A program made the translations under genes and the position numbers. Below the pieces are notes generated by a model. The model worked only from the letters and a program-made list of their open reading frames with translations, searched no databases and was not told the DNA's origin. Below are positions 9,833 through 18,989 of a stretch of 64,000 nucleotides of DNA, piece by piece. Every line of letters starts with the position of its first letter. Position 1 is the stretch's first letter. This DNA comes from Promethearchaeota archaeon (GTDB lineage Archaea; Asgardarchaeota; Lokiarchaeia; Sigyniarchaeales; SOKP01). The stretch is taken from contig JBHLOC010000001.1 of the NCBI GenBank assembly GCA_048940925.1, positions 32,001 to 96,000 of the forward strand, read 5' to 3'.

Positions 9833-10999
9833 TTGGTGAGCTTAGAAACTTTAAAAGAATTATTAGATCTGCAAAATAGATACAAATTATACGAAAAAAT
9901 CTTAAATAAATTTAAGGAATTTAGTAAATTAGATGATTTAAGTTATTTAGAATTTGAGATCTCTGAAGGAAAAGTTCCAATTATTATTATCTCAAAAAAT
10001 TCGAATTTAAATAAAGTTAAGTTTGTAAAGGTGTTTGTGGGTGCACAACATAATGAATACAATGGATTATTTGGGATTTTGGAATTTCTTAATATGATTG
10101 AAACATCAAAGATTTCTATAAATGATATTATATTAAATTTTCAGATTCTAATTTTTGCTCCATTAATGAATCCCTATGGATTCTTATATCCTTCAAAAGA
10201 TAATAAATCAGGATATTATTTAGAAAATGGTAGAAATCTGAATCGTTTTTGGAGGAAAACTTTTGTCCCGGAATATAGTAAAGGAAAAAATGATATAAAT
10301 CAATTAGATATTCCAGAACATGCAAAAATCATAAAAAGCTTATTGGAAAAATACTGGAAAAATGAAGATATATCAATATATATACTTGATTTTCATGAAA
10401 CTTCTCTTCTTAAAAGATCTTCGATAGACTTGATTGAAAATCTAAAAATAGATTCAGTTACATACAAATTTTCACATTGGCTTAAGGAAGCTATAGTCTA
10501 TAACATTATTAAACTCTACAATATAGCTTATTATAAGAAACCTTTATTTTTTAAATGTAACCCTAATTCTAATCATACTCATATAAATTTATCAGTTAAA
10601 CAGTTAGATAAAGTATATGAACGATTGAAAGAGTATATATCTAGAAATTATAATAAACTATCATTCTACTTTTGTTATAGCAAAAAGAGCAAGGAATATT
10701 GTATGAAGCTTGCTCAAAACGTTTATAAAAAGTTAAAAGATTCATTATGGGAAACCTGTTTTCCAGCATTTAGTCATCACTTTCAAGACCATGGATGTCT
10801 AGTAAATATGAATGATGCTACAAACCGAAAAAGTATATTTTCCATGGAATTAGAGTCTGAAAAACAGTTTTTTGACATTTTCAAGGAAATTGAGAAATGT
10901 AAAAAAGATATAAATTATTTTAATGAGAAACTTAAAAAAATTAATGCAAGTATTACATTGGTTATCGAATCAATAAACGAAATGATCAAGCTTTTTTAA
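9833..10999 (+). CDS. M14-like zinc carboxypeptidase / AstE-AspA desuccinylase-fold protein
   Basis: GAQHNE, PLMNPYG, NLNRFW, ILDFHE and late MELE motifs; starts 3 nt after the ATP-grasp stop. Confidence 0.75.
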   Translation: MVSLETLKELLDLQNRYKLYEKILNKFKEFSKLDDLSYLEFEISEGKVPIIIISKNSNLNKVKFVKVFVGAQHNEYNGLFGILEFLNMIETSKISINDIILNFQILIFAPLMNPYGFLYPSKDNKSGYYLENGRNLNRFWRKTFVPEYSKGKNDINQLDIPEHAKIIKSLLEKYWKNEDISIYILDFHETSLLKRSSIDLIENLKIDSVTYKFSHWLKEAIVYNIIKLYNIAYYKKPLFFKCNPNSNHTHINLSVKQLDKVYERLKEYISRNYNKLSFYFCYSKKSKEYCMKLAQNVYKKLKDSLWETCFPAFSHHFQDHGCLVNMNDATNRKSIFSMELESEKQFFDIFKEIEKCKKDINYFNEKLKKINASITLVIESINEMIKLF

Positions 11000-11068
11000 T
11001 TCTAATATTCCAGAACTAAAGTTTATTCTTTAATTAATGGATTCTATTAATTTTAATATATTAGAACT

Positions 11069-11212
11069 TTATTTAGTTAAACAGTTAATGTGGTAATAAA
11101 AAGTTTCTTTACCAATAGATTTTCTAAAGTTAAGGTCTCTTAATGTGAACTGAAATGCATATTTTAAACTTACTTTTTCAATTTCTTTACCACAGATTTT
11201 ACATTTATATAT
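11069..11212 (-). CDS. 47-codon CxxC...HxxC zinc-finger ORF (PARP-finger-like), non-canonical ATA start or remnant
   Basis: Own translation: IYKCKICGKEIEKVSLKYAFQFTLRDLNFRKSIGKETFYYHINCLTK*. Not in the ORF track. Confidence 0.45.
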   Translation of the reverse strand: MYKCKICGKEIEKVSLKYAFQFTLRDLNFRKSIGKETFYYHINCLTK

Positions 11213-11313
11213 TTAAATTTCAGAAACTCTATATAATATGGATTTTTTAAGTTATTTTAAAAGGGTTCTATTTAAACTCCACAATTAAAGTTGAGTATTC
11301 ATTGATTTATCAA

Positions 11314-12312
11314 TTATGAATTAAAGAAGCTAAGCGTAGCACCTACTAATGAGCTTTCATTTTTCTTGTGAGAGTGCCCTCCTTTTCTCAAGATGATTAG
11401 ATTTTTTTCAGGAGTCTCTAGAAGTATTCTATTTTCTTCAAAATTTTTGAACTTTATAATTTTATCATTTTTACAATGAACCAACATTACTCTTCTTGAT
11501 AATTTTTTCCATTCTTCTTCAGTAAGGTCTTTTTTAGCATTCTTGATTACTAAGTATGGAGATAATTTCTCGTTTTCTTCCTTATTTGGGAATAATTTTA
11601 CATGTTTTAGGAAATAACTTAACATTACTACAGGATTATATTTTGGAATATTTTGTTTGTAATAAGACATTGATGAGATAGCAATAATTTTTTTAATTTT
11701 ATGGTTTAAAAAACCTCCACATAAAGTAGTTATTGCTCCAATACTAAAACCAATACTAAAGATTTTGAATTTAGAGAATTCCTTTTCTAGATTTATCCAC
11801 TCAATTACTTTCTTAAAATCTTCTATTCGATTTAAAAAATCACTTCTTTTCCCTAATCTTTTAGACTTTCCTGTTCCTCTAGCATCATACGTCAAAACAA
11901 CATATCCTTGGTAAGCTAATGGAAAGCAATAATACTGTAGTGATTCTTTTGTATCAGAGAATCCATGACAAATTACTATTATTGAGTTTTTTAATTTAAC
12001 TTTTGCTGAATTTCGATTTTTAATAATATTTGCTGTCAAAGTTCCATCCTTTAAATCAATTTTTACTTCAGAAACTTCAATCTCCTTAGAGCTGAGGTTA
12101 ATCCAACGATCAAACCAGAGATCTCGAAATGACCAATAAATTTCAAAGGGAGTATAAATTATTAAAAATGTAGTTGTTGATAAAATAAAACATTCAGAAA
12201 AAGCTGTAGAATAACATGGATTTCCTAAAGAAACATTTATTTGCCAAATAAATAAACTAAATAAAACATCAAAGAAGGCTAATATTATGCGTTTTTTAGT
12301 ATTTGAGAGCAA
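11314..12312 (-). CDS. membrane-anchored alpha/beta hydrolase
   Basis: Hydrophobic N-terminus, CHGF, YDARGTGKS, GFSIG nucleophile elbow, D and GGH. Confidence 0.88.
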   Translation of the reverse strand: MLSNTKKRIILAFFDVLFSLFIWQINVSLGNPCYSTAFSECFILSTTTFLIIYTPFEIYWSFRDLWFDRWINLSSKEIEVSEVKIDLKDGTLTANIIKNRNSAKVKLKNSIIVICHGFSDTKESLQYYCFPLAYQGYVVLTYDARGTGKSKRLGKRSDFLNRIEDFKKVIEWINLEKEFSKFKIFSIGFSIGAITTLCGGFLNHKIKKIIAISSMSYYKQNIPKYNPVVMLSYFLKHVKLFPNKEENEKLSPYLVIKNAKKDLTEEEWKKLSRRVMLVHCKNDKIIKFKNFEENRILLETPEKNLIILRKGGHSHKKNESSLVGATLSFFNS

Positions 12313-12479
12313 CTTATTTTCCTATAAGATTATAATCTGAAGAAATCTATGTCAATAAATGCCAAATGTATAAAATTGGAACAGATATAAAAACATTTAG
12401 ATTAAATAATTAGAATAAAACCTTTTAAGTCTATTTCTTTAATTCTTAACCTGTTTTAGAGATAATACATAGTTTATTT

Positions 12480-12800
12480 TTATTTTTTAGCTTTATCAGG
12501 AGGACAACCAAAATCATCTCTAACTTTACAATCTCGCTTACTTGAGCTACCTGGACAAGGAGCGCATTTGGTTTTTCTTAATAATGCTTCAACTTCATCA
12601 ATTTCATAACCAAATGATTCATCCTCAGTTTCATTAACAAGCATATCATCTTGAATTTTATCTAAATCATACTCAACATCTTCTTCTAGGTTATCTTTCC
12701 AATCATCTAAATCTAAAACCTCATCTCCATCCTCATCTACTTTTCCGGAAGGGATTTCTAAATCATCTTCTTCAACAGGAGCACTCTTTTTTTTAGCCAT
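12480..12800 (-). CDS. highly acidic small protein with C-terminal 4-Cys motif
   Basis: Likely start at ATG 12800 (MAKKKS); Asp/Glu-rich body followed by CAPC-x8-C-x7-C. Confidence 0.75.
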   Translation of the reverse strand: MAKKKSAPVEEDDLEIPSGKVDEDGDEVLDLDDWKDNLEEDVEYDLDKIQDDMLVNETEDESFGYEIDEVEALLRKTKCAPCPGSSSKRDCKVRDDFGCPPDKAKK

Positions 12801-12956
12801 GGGTTTCACATATATTGAACATATAATTTTACAATTGAAAGTTTTTAATATATAATATTTCCTAAAATTTAATTCTAATATATTTAAGGAAAGAAAAGTC
12901 AAAATTCATCTGAGTCATCCAACCTTAAATTTTTAAAAATAATTGAGATAAATCTC

Positions 12957-15026
12957 TTATGATAAATTAATATTATTGATCTCGTCAATTTGATACAAAA
13001 GAGATTTATTTTCGTGTATCATGTTTAGAAAATTCTTAACTCCATTTAAAATGTAGTCTAACTCTTCTAATGAATATGTGAAATACTTATTTATATTGTA
13101 TCGAGGCAGGAGGTATTTAAATTGAATACTTTTCAGGTTTAGTTCTGAGTATAATAATTCTCTTATTTCATTGAAATTCAGATTAGATTCTAAATAAAAA
13201 TCATCTAAATATAGTAAGTTTACTAAGCCGTTACTTATTTTTTTAAAAAATCTAATAAATCTAAATATTTCCGACTGATATTTTTCTTTTAAAAATTTTA
13301 GTTCTGATATTTCATTAGTATATTCAGAATTTAGATCATAATGTAATTGAGATAAAATTTGAAGTATTTTTCCGCAGTTTGATAAGGATGAGGGAAAATT
13401 TTGCGGTGCTGGTAGCCTTTTTATAAAACTCCCATTGAATCTTAAATAGCCTCCAGCCATATGAAGTGAACTAAACAATGTCTTAAATACTGTATCTAAT
13501 AATTTAGAGTTTAATATTGTTAGAAAACAATAAAGCTTCTTAGTGTTTATTGAAGGAATTTTAACGAAATATAAGCCAGTTATATTGGTAAAAATACCGG
13601 GGTCATACACACAGGTTAAATTTTTAGCAATTTCTCTAAAAATAATTTTTTCACTATTTAGATCTTGCCATATATGCTCAAAAGTAGGTTTATAATTAAA
13701 ATATGAAATTTCGAAATCTTTCTTGGCGATCTTTATTCTTTTATTATATTTAATATAATATTTCTCTACGTTTCCAGTCCCTATCAACAAGAGATCCTTC
13801 TCAGATCTGGGTTCTTTACTGACATTATCAAAATGCTTACTGTATTTTAAAAATCCAAAGGGTCGATAGATAATTTTTAAAGCCTTAAATGAATCTTTAA
13901 TTGATTTGTACTTATTATACAGAAATTTTATTAAATTGATATTGCCTGAAACAGGAATAACATTAGAAGGGAGACCTGTGATTAATTTCTGAGGAAATTT
14001 TATTATATTTAAACTATTATAGGTCAGAAGATCATCAAGATCATTAAATTTTGATATTGTAATCTCATTTTTATCATCATATTTACCTTTTTTAAAATAG
14101 AGAATTATTGGATAAGTTGCTGCTTTTTGAAATATATATAAAGAAGATATATTTACAATTTCCCTAATTTCAGTGTTCTTAATTAAAAGTTCTCGGATTT
14201 TAATTCCGAAATCAGCAGATAAAAATTTATTAGGTAAAATAAATGAAAGATAGCCATTTTCTTTCAATAATTCAATGGATTTTTCAATAAATACAATAGA
14301 AAGATCAAATAATTTATATGCAGATTTGAAATTTTCATATAATTTTCTTTTATACTCAAAATCTTTTATCTTCTTATTTTCAACATAAGGAGGATTTCCG
14401 AGGATTATATCAAACTTTTTAAATTCAAAGTCTAAAAGAAAATCTAAGTGATATATGTTAAGATTAATTTCATTTTTATTAATTATTAGATTAACTTTTT
14501 CTAGGCTTAAGCCTTTTTGATTGAAATTATGAAAGTTATATTTTTTCTCATTTCCAGAAAAAAGCCAAGAAAACAATCGTAATTTTGTGATAATATAAGC
14601 AGATTTGTCAATATCAATGCCATAAATATTATTTTGTATTATTTTTCTTTTTGTTTCATAGTTATTTAATCCAGTTTTTATAATTTTCCAAAATTGATAA
14701 AGTGTTTCAGCAGTAGATATAATAAATCTTCCAGAACCACATGCAGGGTCCAATATCTTAATATTTCTTAGTTTTTCAATAAAATTCTTTTTAAATTTAT
14801 CATTTTTAGATGATCTTTGCTTAATATAATAATAAAAAGAACCTAAATTAGAACAATCTGGAAAATTGAAATATTCTTTGAAGTATATTTTAAAAATATT
14901 AAAAACTATATTATCCACTACAGGTTTTGGTGTATAAATTATTCCAATGTTCCTATTATTAGTTGCTTTATTTTCAAAATCTATGATAACCTTCTTTATG
15001 TAAGTAAAAAAATCTTGAGCCGGCAA
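12957..15026 (-). CDS. N6-adenine DNA methyltransferase (Eco57I/TaqI-like, gamma class) with target-recognition domain
   Basis: YTP, ILDPACGSGRF (motif I), YGIDID, FDIILGNPPY (motif IV) and a TaqI-C-like tail. Confidence 0.88.
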   Translation of the reverse strand: MPAQDFFTYIKKVIIDFENKATNNRNIGIIYTPKPVVDNIVFNIFKIYFKEYFNFPDCSNLGSFYYYIKQRSSKNDKFKKNFIEKLRNIKILDPACGSGRFIISTAETLYQFWKIIKTGLNNYETKRKIIQNNIYGIDIDKSAYIITKLRLFSWLFSGNEKKYNFHNFNQKGLSLEKVNLIINKNEINLNIYHLDFLLDFEFKKFDIILGNPPYVENKKIKDFEYKRKLYENFKSAYKLFDLSIVFIEKSIELLKENGYLSFILPNKFLSADFGIKIRELLIKNTEIREIVNISSLYIFQKAATYPIILYFKKGKYDDKNEITISKFNDLDDLLTYNSLNIIKFPQKLITGLPSNVIPVSGNINLIKFLYNKYKSIKDSFKALKIIYRPFGFLKYSKHFDNVSKEPRSEKDLLLIGTGNVEKYYIKYNKRIKIAKKDFEISYFNYKPTFEHIWQDLNSEKIIFREIAKNLTCVYDPGIFTNITGLYFVKIPSINTKKLYCFLTILNSKLLDTVFKTLFSSLHMAGGYLRFNGSFIKRLPAPQNFPSSLSNCGKILQILSQLHYDLNSEYTNEISELKFLKEKYQSEIFRFIRFFKKISNGLVNLLYLDDFYLESNLNFNEIRELLYSELNLKSIQFKYLLPRYNINKYFTYSLEELDYILNGVKNFLNMIHENKSLLYQIDEINNINLS

Positions 15027-15155
15027 TTTTATTATTGGGAATTAAATTTTCTATTAATTTTGTTTTTATTTTAAATTTCCTTACTAATAAAAATTATAGA
15101 AACAATATTAAAAATAAGAAAAAAATATGATATCGAATTTGTACTAAGATAAATT

Positions 15156-16055
15156 TTGTTTGAATATAAAGATTTAAAGGATATGATTAAAAATCCACAG
15201 TTGTTTTCTAAATTAGAATTTAATGTTATTTCCAAAATTCTGTCAGAAGCTAAAAAAGTATTTGAAAATGAAAATATAATGTTAGAATTTAATTTAGATA
15301 ATGAAGATAAGAAAGTTTATGTAATTGGAGATATTCATGGAAATTTGGAGACATTAGTGAAATTAATTGAATTAATAGAGGAACAAAATCCAGAACTGGT
15401 TATATTTCTGGGAGATATCGTTGATCGAGGACTTAAACAGCTAGAATGTTTATTGATTGTATTAACTTTAAAAATTCTTAATCCTCAGAAATTTTATCTA
15501 CTTAGAGGAAATCATGAGACTCTCGAAATGAATAAATATTATGGCTTTTTTCAGGATTTTATGCATAAGTTCAAAGATTCTATAAAATTCAATGAAATCT
15601 TAACAGTTTATGATGTACTCCCTATATGCGTGTTAATTAATAGGACCATTTTATGTCTACATGGAGGGATCCCTCAAGATACTGAAATTCTTACAAAGTT
15701 AAAAGGTTATAAAACTAAAGATATGACAAGAATATATAAATCAATCTCTAAAGGTGTTTTTCAAATTATGTGGAATGATCCTAAATCAGAATTACAAGGT
15801 TTTGTTAACAGTTTTCGAGGTTCGGGGATTTTCTTTTTTGGCGAAGAAGTTTTTAATGATTTCATGAGGATTAACAATCTAGAATATCTTATTAGAGCAC
15901 ATGAATGTTTTCCAGAGGGATATCGTTGGTTTTTCAATAAAAAATTATTATCAATATTTTCTTCAGCAAATTATAGAGGATCTTATTCACCAAATCCAGC
16001 ATCATATGCAATCATAAGAAACAATGAAATATTTCCAAAAATATTATATTTATAA
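15156..16055 (+). CDS. PPP-family Ser/Thr protein phosphatase
   Basis: GDIHG, GDIVDRG, RGNHE, HGG, WNDP, RAHE and FSSANY. Confidence 0.93.
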   Translation: MFEYKDLKDMIKNPQLFSKLEFNVISKILSEAKKVFENENIMLEFNLDNEDKKVYVIGDIHGNLETLVKLIELIEEQNPELVIFLGDIVDRGLKQLECLLIVLTLKILNPQKFYLLRGNHETLEMNKYYGFFQDFMHKFKDSIKFNEILTVYDVLPICVLINRTILCLHGGIPQDTEILTKLKGYKTKDMTRIYKSISKGVFQIMWNDPKSELQGFVNSFRGSGIFFFGEEVFNDFMRINNLEYLIRAHECFPEGYRWFFNKKLLSIFSSANYRGSYSPNPASYAIIRNNEIFPKILYL

Positions 16056-16187
16056 CAAAATAAACTAGATCTGTTTGAATATCCTATAATCTAATTAAAA
16101 CTTCTCTTTTTATGTGATTTGAGAAGAGTTGGTTTTAATATACAAGGGATTTTATTCATATAGAATAAAAGAGCTTATAACCTTAGA

Positions 16188-16451
16188 TTAAGTGATTTGT
16201 GATGCATCAGGTTTTATGAAGAGTAGATTATTACCACGTATGAAAATCTCGTTATATTTCGCTACAGGGTTACCGTCTAATATTTCTGTAGCCGATTCTA
16301 ATATCATATTCATGTAAGCATCGATTTCTTTCAATAAACCTCTATATTCGGTTCCATCTTTTAATCTGAGTAAAATGATGGAATTTTGAGCATTCTGAAG
16401 TATTGTTAGAGGGTTCTTTGACCTCTGCTGATTATTATTTCTTGTTGACAT
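16188..16451 (-). CDS. Sm/Lsm family RNA-binding protein
   Basis: Sm1 LKDGTEYRGLL..IDAYMNMIL and Sm2 IFIRGNN. Confidence 0.93.
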   Translation of the reverse strand: MSTRNNNQQRSKNPLTILQNAQNSIILLRLKDGTEYRGLLKEIDAYMNMILESATEILDGNPVAKYNEIFIRGNNLLFIKPDASQIT

Positions 16452-16581
16452 ATTTATCCCTTTATTAAAAAAATCTTAAATATATCTATTAAAAAGATAA
16501 TTTAAAGATAGATTTTTTTGAATTAAAACCTTTCTTTATTACACATTAAAATTTGAAGATTAAATTTATCTGGTAATCTTT

Positions 16582-17169
16582 GTGGGAGATTTTTTTAAGG
16601 ATATCAATAAAAAGAAGAGAATTATTAGGAAATATAATTCTACAGCTTATTTTTATGATAAAAGGTATGCTACAATCCAAGAAATGAAATATGAAATTGC
16701 TATAAAAGAATTCAAACTCAATCGAAAAAGAATTTTAGATATGGGTTGTGGTACTGGATTGCTGTATGAATATCTAGTCAATTCAACGAAAAATTATGAG
16801 GTATCAAAGTATATCTACATAGGTATTGATATTTCTTGGAATATGTTATTAACATTTAAATCTAAAATGTCTCAAATGGGTCATTTAAATCCAATACTGA
16901 TATTATGTGACATAGAAAATTTACCAATTAGAAACAAAACCTTAGATTCAGTTTTTTCATTAACTTCTTTTCAAAACCTACCTTACATTGAGAAAGGAAT
17001 AGAAGAAATGTTGCGTGTAAGTAAAAAAGATGCAGAGCTTAAATTATCAGTTTTAAAGAAAATATGTGATCTAGTTAAATTACAAACTCTTTTTAAATCT
17101 GTAATAAAGAATTCTAAAATAATAAATATTGAAAGTTTAGAAGATTATATAATCCTTGGGAAGAAATAG
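16582..17169 (+). CDS. class I SAM-dependent methyltransferase
   Basis: ILDMGCGTG, GIDIS..ML and CDIENLP motifs. Confidence 0.88.
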   Translation: MGDFFKDINKKKRIIRKYNSTAYFYDKRYATIQEMKYEIAIKEFKLNRKRILDMGCGTGLLYEYLVNSTKNYEVSKYIYIGIDISWNMLLTFKSKMSQMGHLNPILILCDIENLPIRNKTLDSVFSLTSFQNLPYIEKGIEEMLRVSKKDAELKLSVLKKICDLVKLQTLFKSVIKNSKIINIESLEDYIILGKK

Positions 17170-17187
17170 CAGGATTAGTTATTTTTT

Positions 17188-18066
17188 TTACATCTTATAA
17201 AAATCTCTTATGATCCTGTTTACATTGCTTTCAACCTTGAATTTTCTATGAAAATAATTACATACATTTTTTATATCTCTTTTTAGAAGAGATTTAGCAT
17301 TAGGGTGATTAGTTGGTACCCATTGCAACCAATCGATGACTAATATATTCCCCTTCTCGTCTAAGATAATATTGAATTCACCCAAATCTCCATGAATCAT
17401 TTTTGCCTTTTGATAAATTTCTTTCATTTGTTTTATTATATTATTAAAAATTTTCAATGGATTTTTAATGTCTTTATAATAAACTAATTCTTTTCCTCTC
17501 AAATAAGACATAATAACAATATGTCTATTATAGGCTATAGGTTTTGGAGTATTCAGATTAAGTTCATAAATTTTTTCTAAGGCTTCAAATTCTTTTTTAG
17601 CTGCTAATCTATTTATATATAACCAAGACAGATGTCCTCTTTCACCTATGAGATCTCTCAAGTTTTTAATAGCTTTGAAACTGGTTCGGCCCATACGATA
17701 AATTTTTAATGCAAAAATGTTTTCATGATCATCCATACAACTATATACATCTGATTCTTTTCCCTTTCCTATTAAAGGTCCAAGTTGGCTTATAATGTTT
17801 TTTTCTACTAACGTGTGGAGTGCAAGCAAATCATATGCTTTTGAGTTAAGTGTATAAGCAATTTCATATTTTGAGGCATCTCTAATTATCAAATCTAGTT
17901 TGTGAACTTTATTTAAGCGAAATAAAGTCTCTTCCATTTTATATCTTGAATAAAATTTGATATTTTTTACGGTTACATATTCTGATCTCCTCATACCTAT
18001 TTCAATTGCCATTAATATCCTAAAATCTTCCTTTTCCAAGCTCGTGAGTAGTTTTGCTACTTCCAA
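17188..18066 (-). CDS. rio2: RIO2 family atypical Ser/Thr kinase
   Basis: N-terminal wHTH (DFRILMAIEIGMR), IGKGKESDVY, GRTSF, IHGDLGEFNI and IDWLQ. Confidence 0.92.
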   Translation of the reverse strand: MEVAKLLTSLEKEDFRILMAIEIGMRRSEYVTVKNIKFYSRYKMEETLFRLNKVHKLDLIIRDASKYEIAYTLNSKAYDLLALHTLVEKNIISQLGPLIGKGKESDVYSCMDDHENIFALKIYRMGRTSFKAIKNLRDLIGERGHLSWLYINRLAAKKEFEALEKIYELNLNTPKPIAYNRHIVIMSYLRGKELVYYKDIKNPLKIFNNIIKQMKEIYQKAKMIHGDLGEFNIILDEKGNILVIDWLQWVPTNHPNAKSLLKRDIKNVCNYFHRKFKVESNVNRIIRDFYKM

Positions 18067-18091
18067 AATCCATTCAGTTAAAAAATTTAAT

Positions 18092-18874
18092 TTACATTAT
18101 AAATTTTCGATAAGTTTTCAGAAAAGATACAAATTTATATATATTTGGAATTTCGAAAATTAGGATTGCTATCAAGTTTAGAGATAAAAAGAAAAAGAGA
18201 TCTTCACGTGAAATCAAGTAATTATTTAAAGTTGATCCTTCCTGAAATAAGAAAAGAAATATGCCAAAATTTAAATAAAGAATTATCCCAATAGAAATAA
18301 TTAAACCAATTGTAGAAATAATAATGACTTGGGTTTCTAATTCGATTATACCTATTATTATATTAAAAACAAACAGAAATATCGTTATAGTGATTAATAT
18401 CTTAGAAATATTTATCCACATTTCATATAATGTATTACTTACTTCGTAATTCCCATTAGAAACTGGCCATAATAAAGATAAGCTCAAATTTGTAAACAAG
18501 ACTATTGGAAATATTATTACACCTAATAAAAAAATAAAATAAAAACGTATTGTTGATAATCGACTGAAAAAAAGTGGTTCTATTTTCTCATTTTTTGCAT
18601 AGTTCAACATAGATTTAAGCTTTTTTTCAATATTAGTTGGAATATCTTTTTTTAATACAACAAGTTGGAGATCCAAATTAGGATAATTAGAAAGTATTTC
18701 TCCAATTAATTCATGACCTTTTTTGGATTTTTCCTTTGAACTTTTAGGACCATTCCATAGATAAATTTTTTTATTTGTTTCGTCTAAAAATACACAAACA
18801 TCATGTAGAAGGAGACGTTGATCTTCTTCTGTCCAATTAGATTTAGATTCATTGAAGATGTATGTTTTAAGCAT
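18092..18874 (-). CDS. gelsolin-like domain fused to four predicted TM helices
   Basis: DVCVFLDETNKKIYLWNGPKSSKEK matches the gelsolin-repeat core; four hydrophobic segments follow. Confidence 0.65.
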   Translation of the reverse strand: MLKTYIFNESKSNWTEEDQRLLLHDVCVFLDETNKKIYLWNGPKSSKEKSKKGHELIGEILSNYPNLDLQLVVLKKDIPTNIEKKLKSMLNYAKNEKIEPLFFSRLSTIRFYFIFLLGVIIFPIVLFTNLSLSLLWPVSNGNYEVSNTLYEMWINISKILITITIFLFVFNIIIGIIELETQVIIISTIGLIISIGIILYLNFGIFLFLFQEGSTLNNYLISREDLFFFLSLNLIAILIFEIPNIYKFVSFLKTYRKFIM

Positions 18875-18989
18875 AAATTCTCTATTTATCTTAACTAAAA
18901 TTACTTTTTATTCTTTTCTATACAATGTAAGTAATTAAAAAATTGTTAAAAAGTTATAAATCTATAGTATAAGTATTAGACTCTCAATA

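Noticed and set aside
12801-12902. ORF-track N-terminal extension of the acidic protein
   Set aside because: AT-rich, promoter-like sequence; the ATG at 12800 is more plausible.
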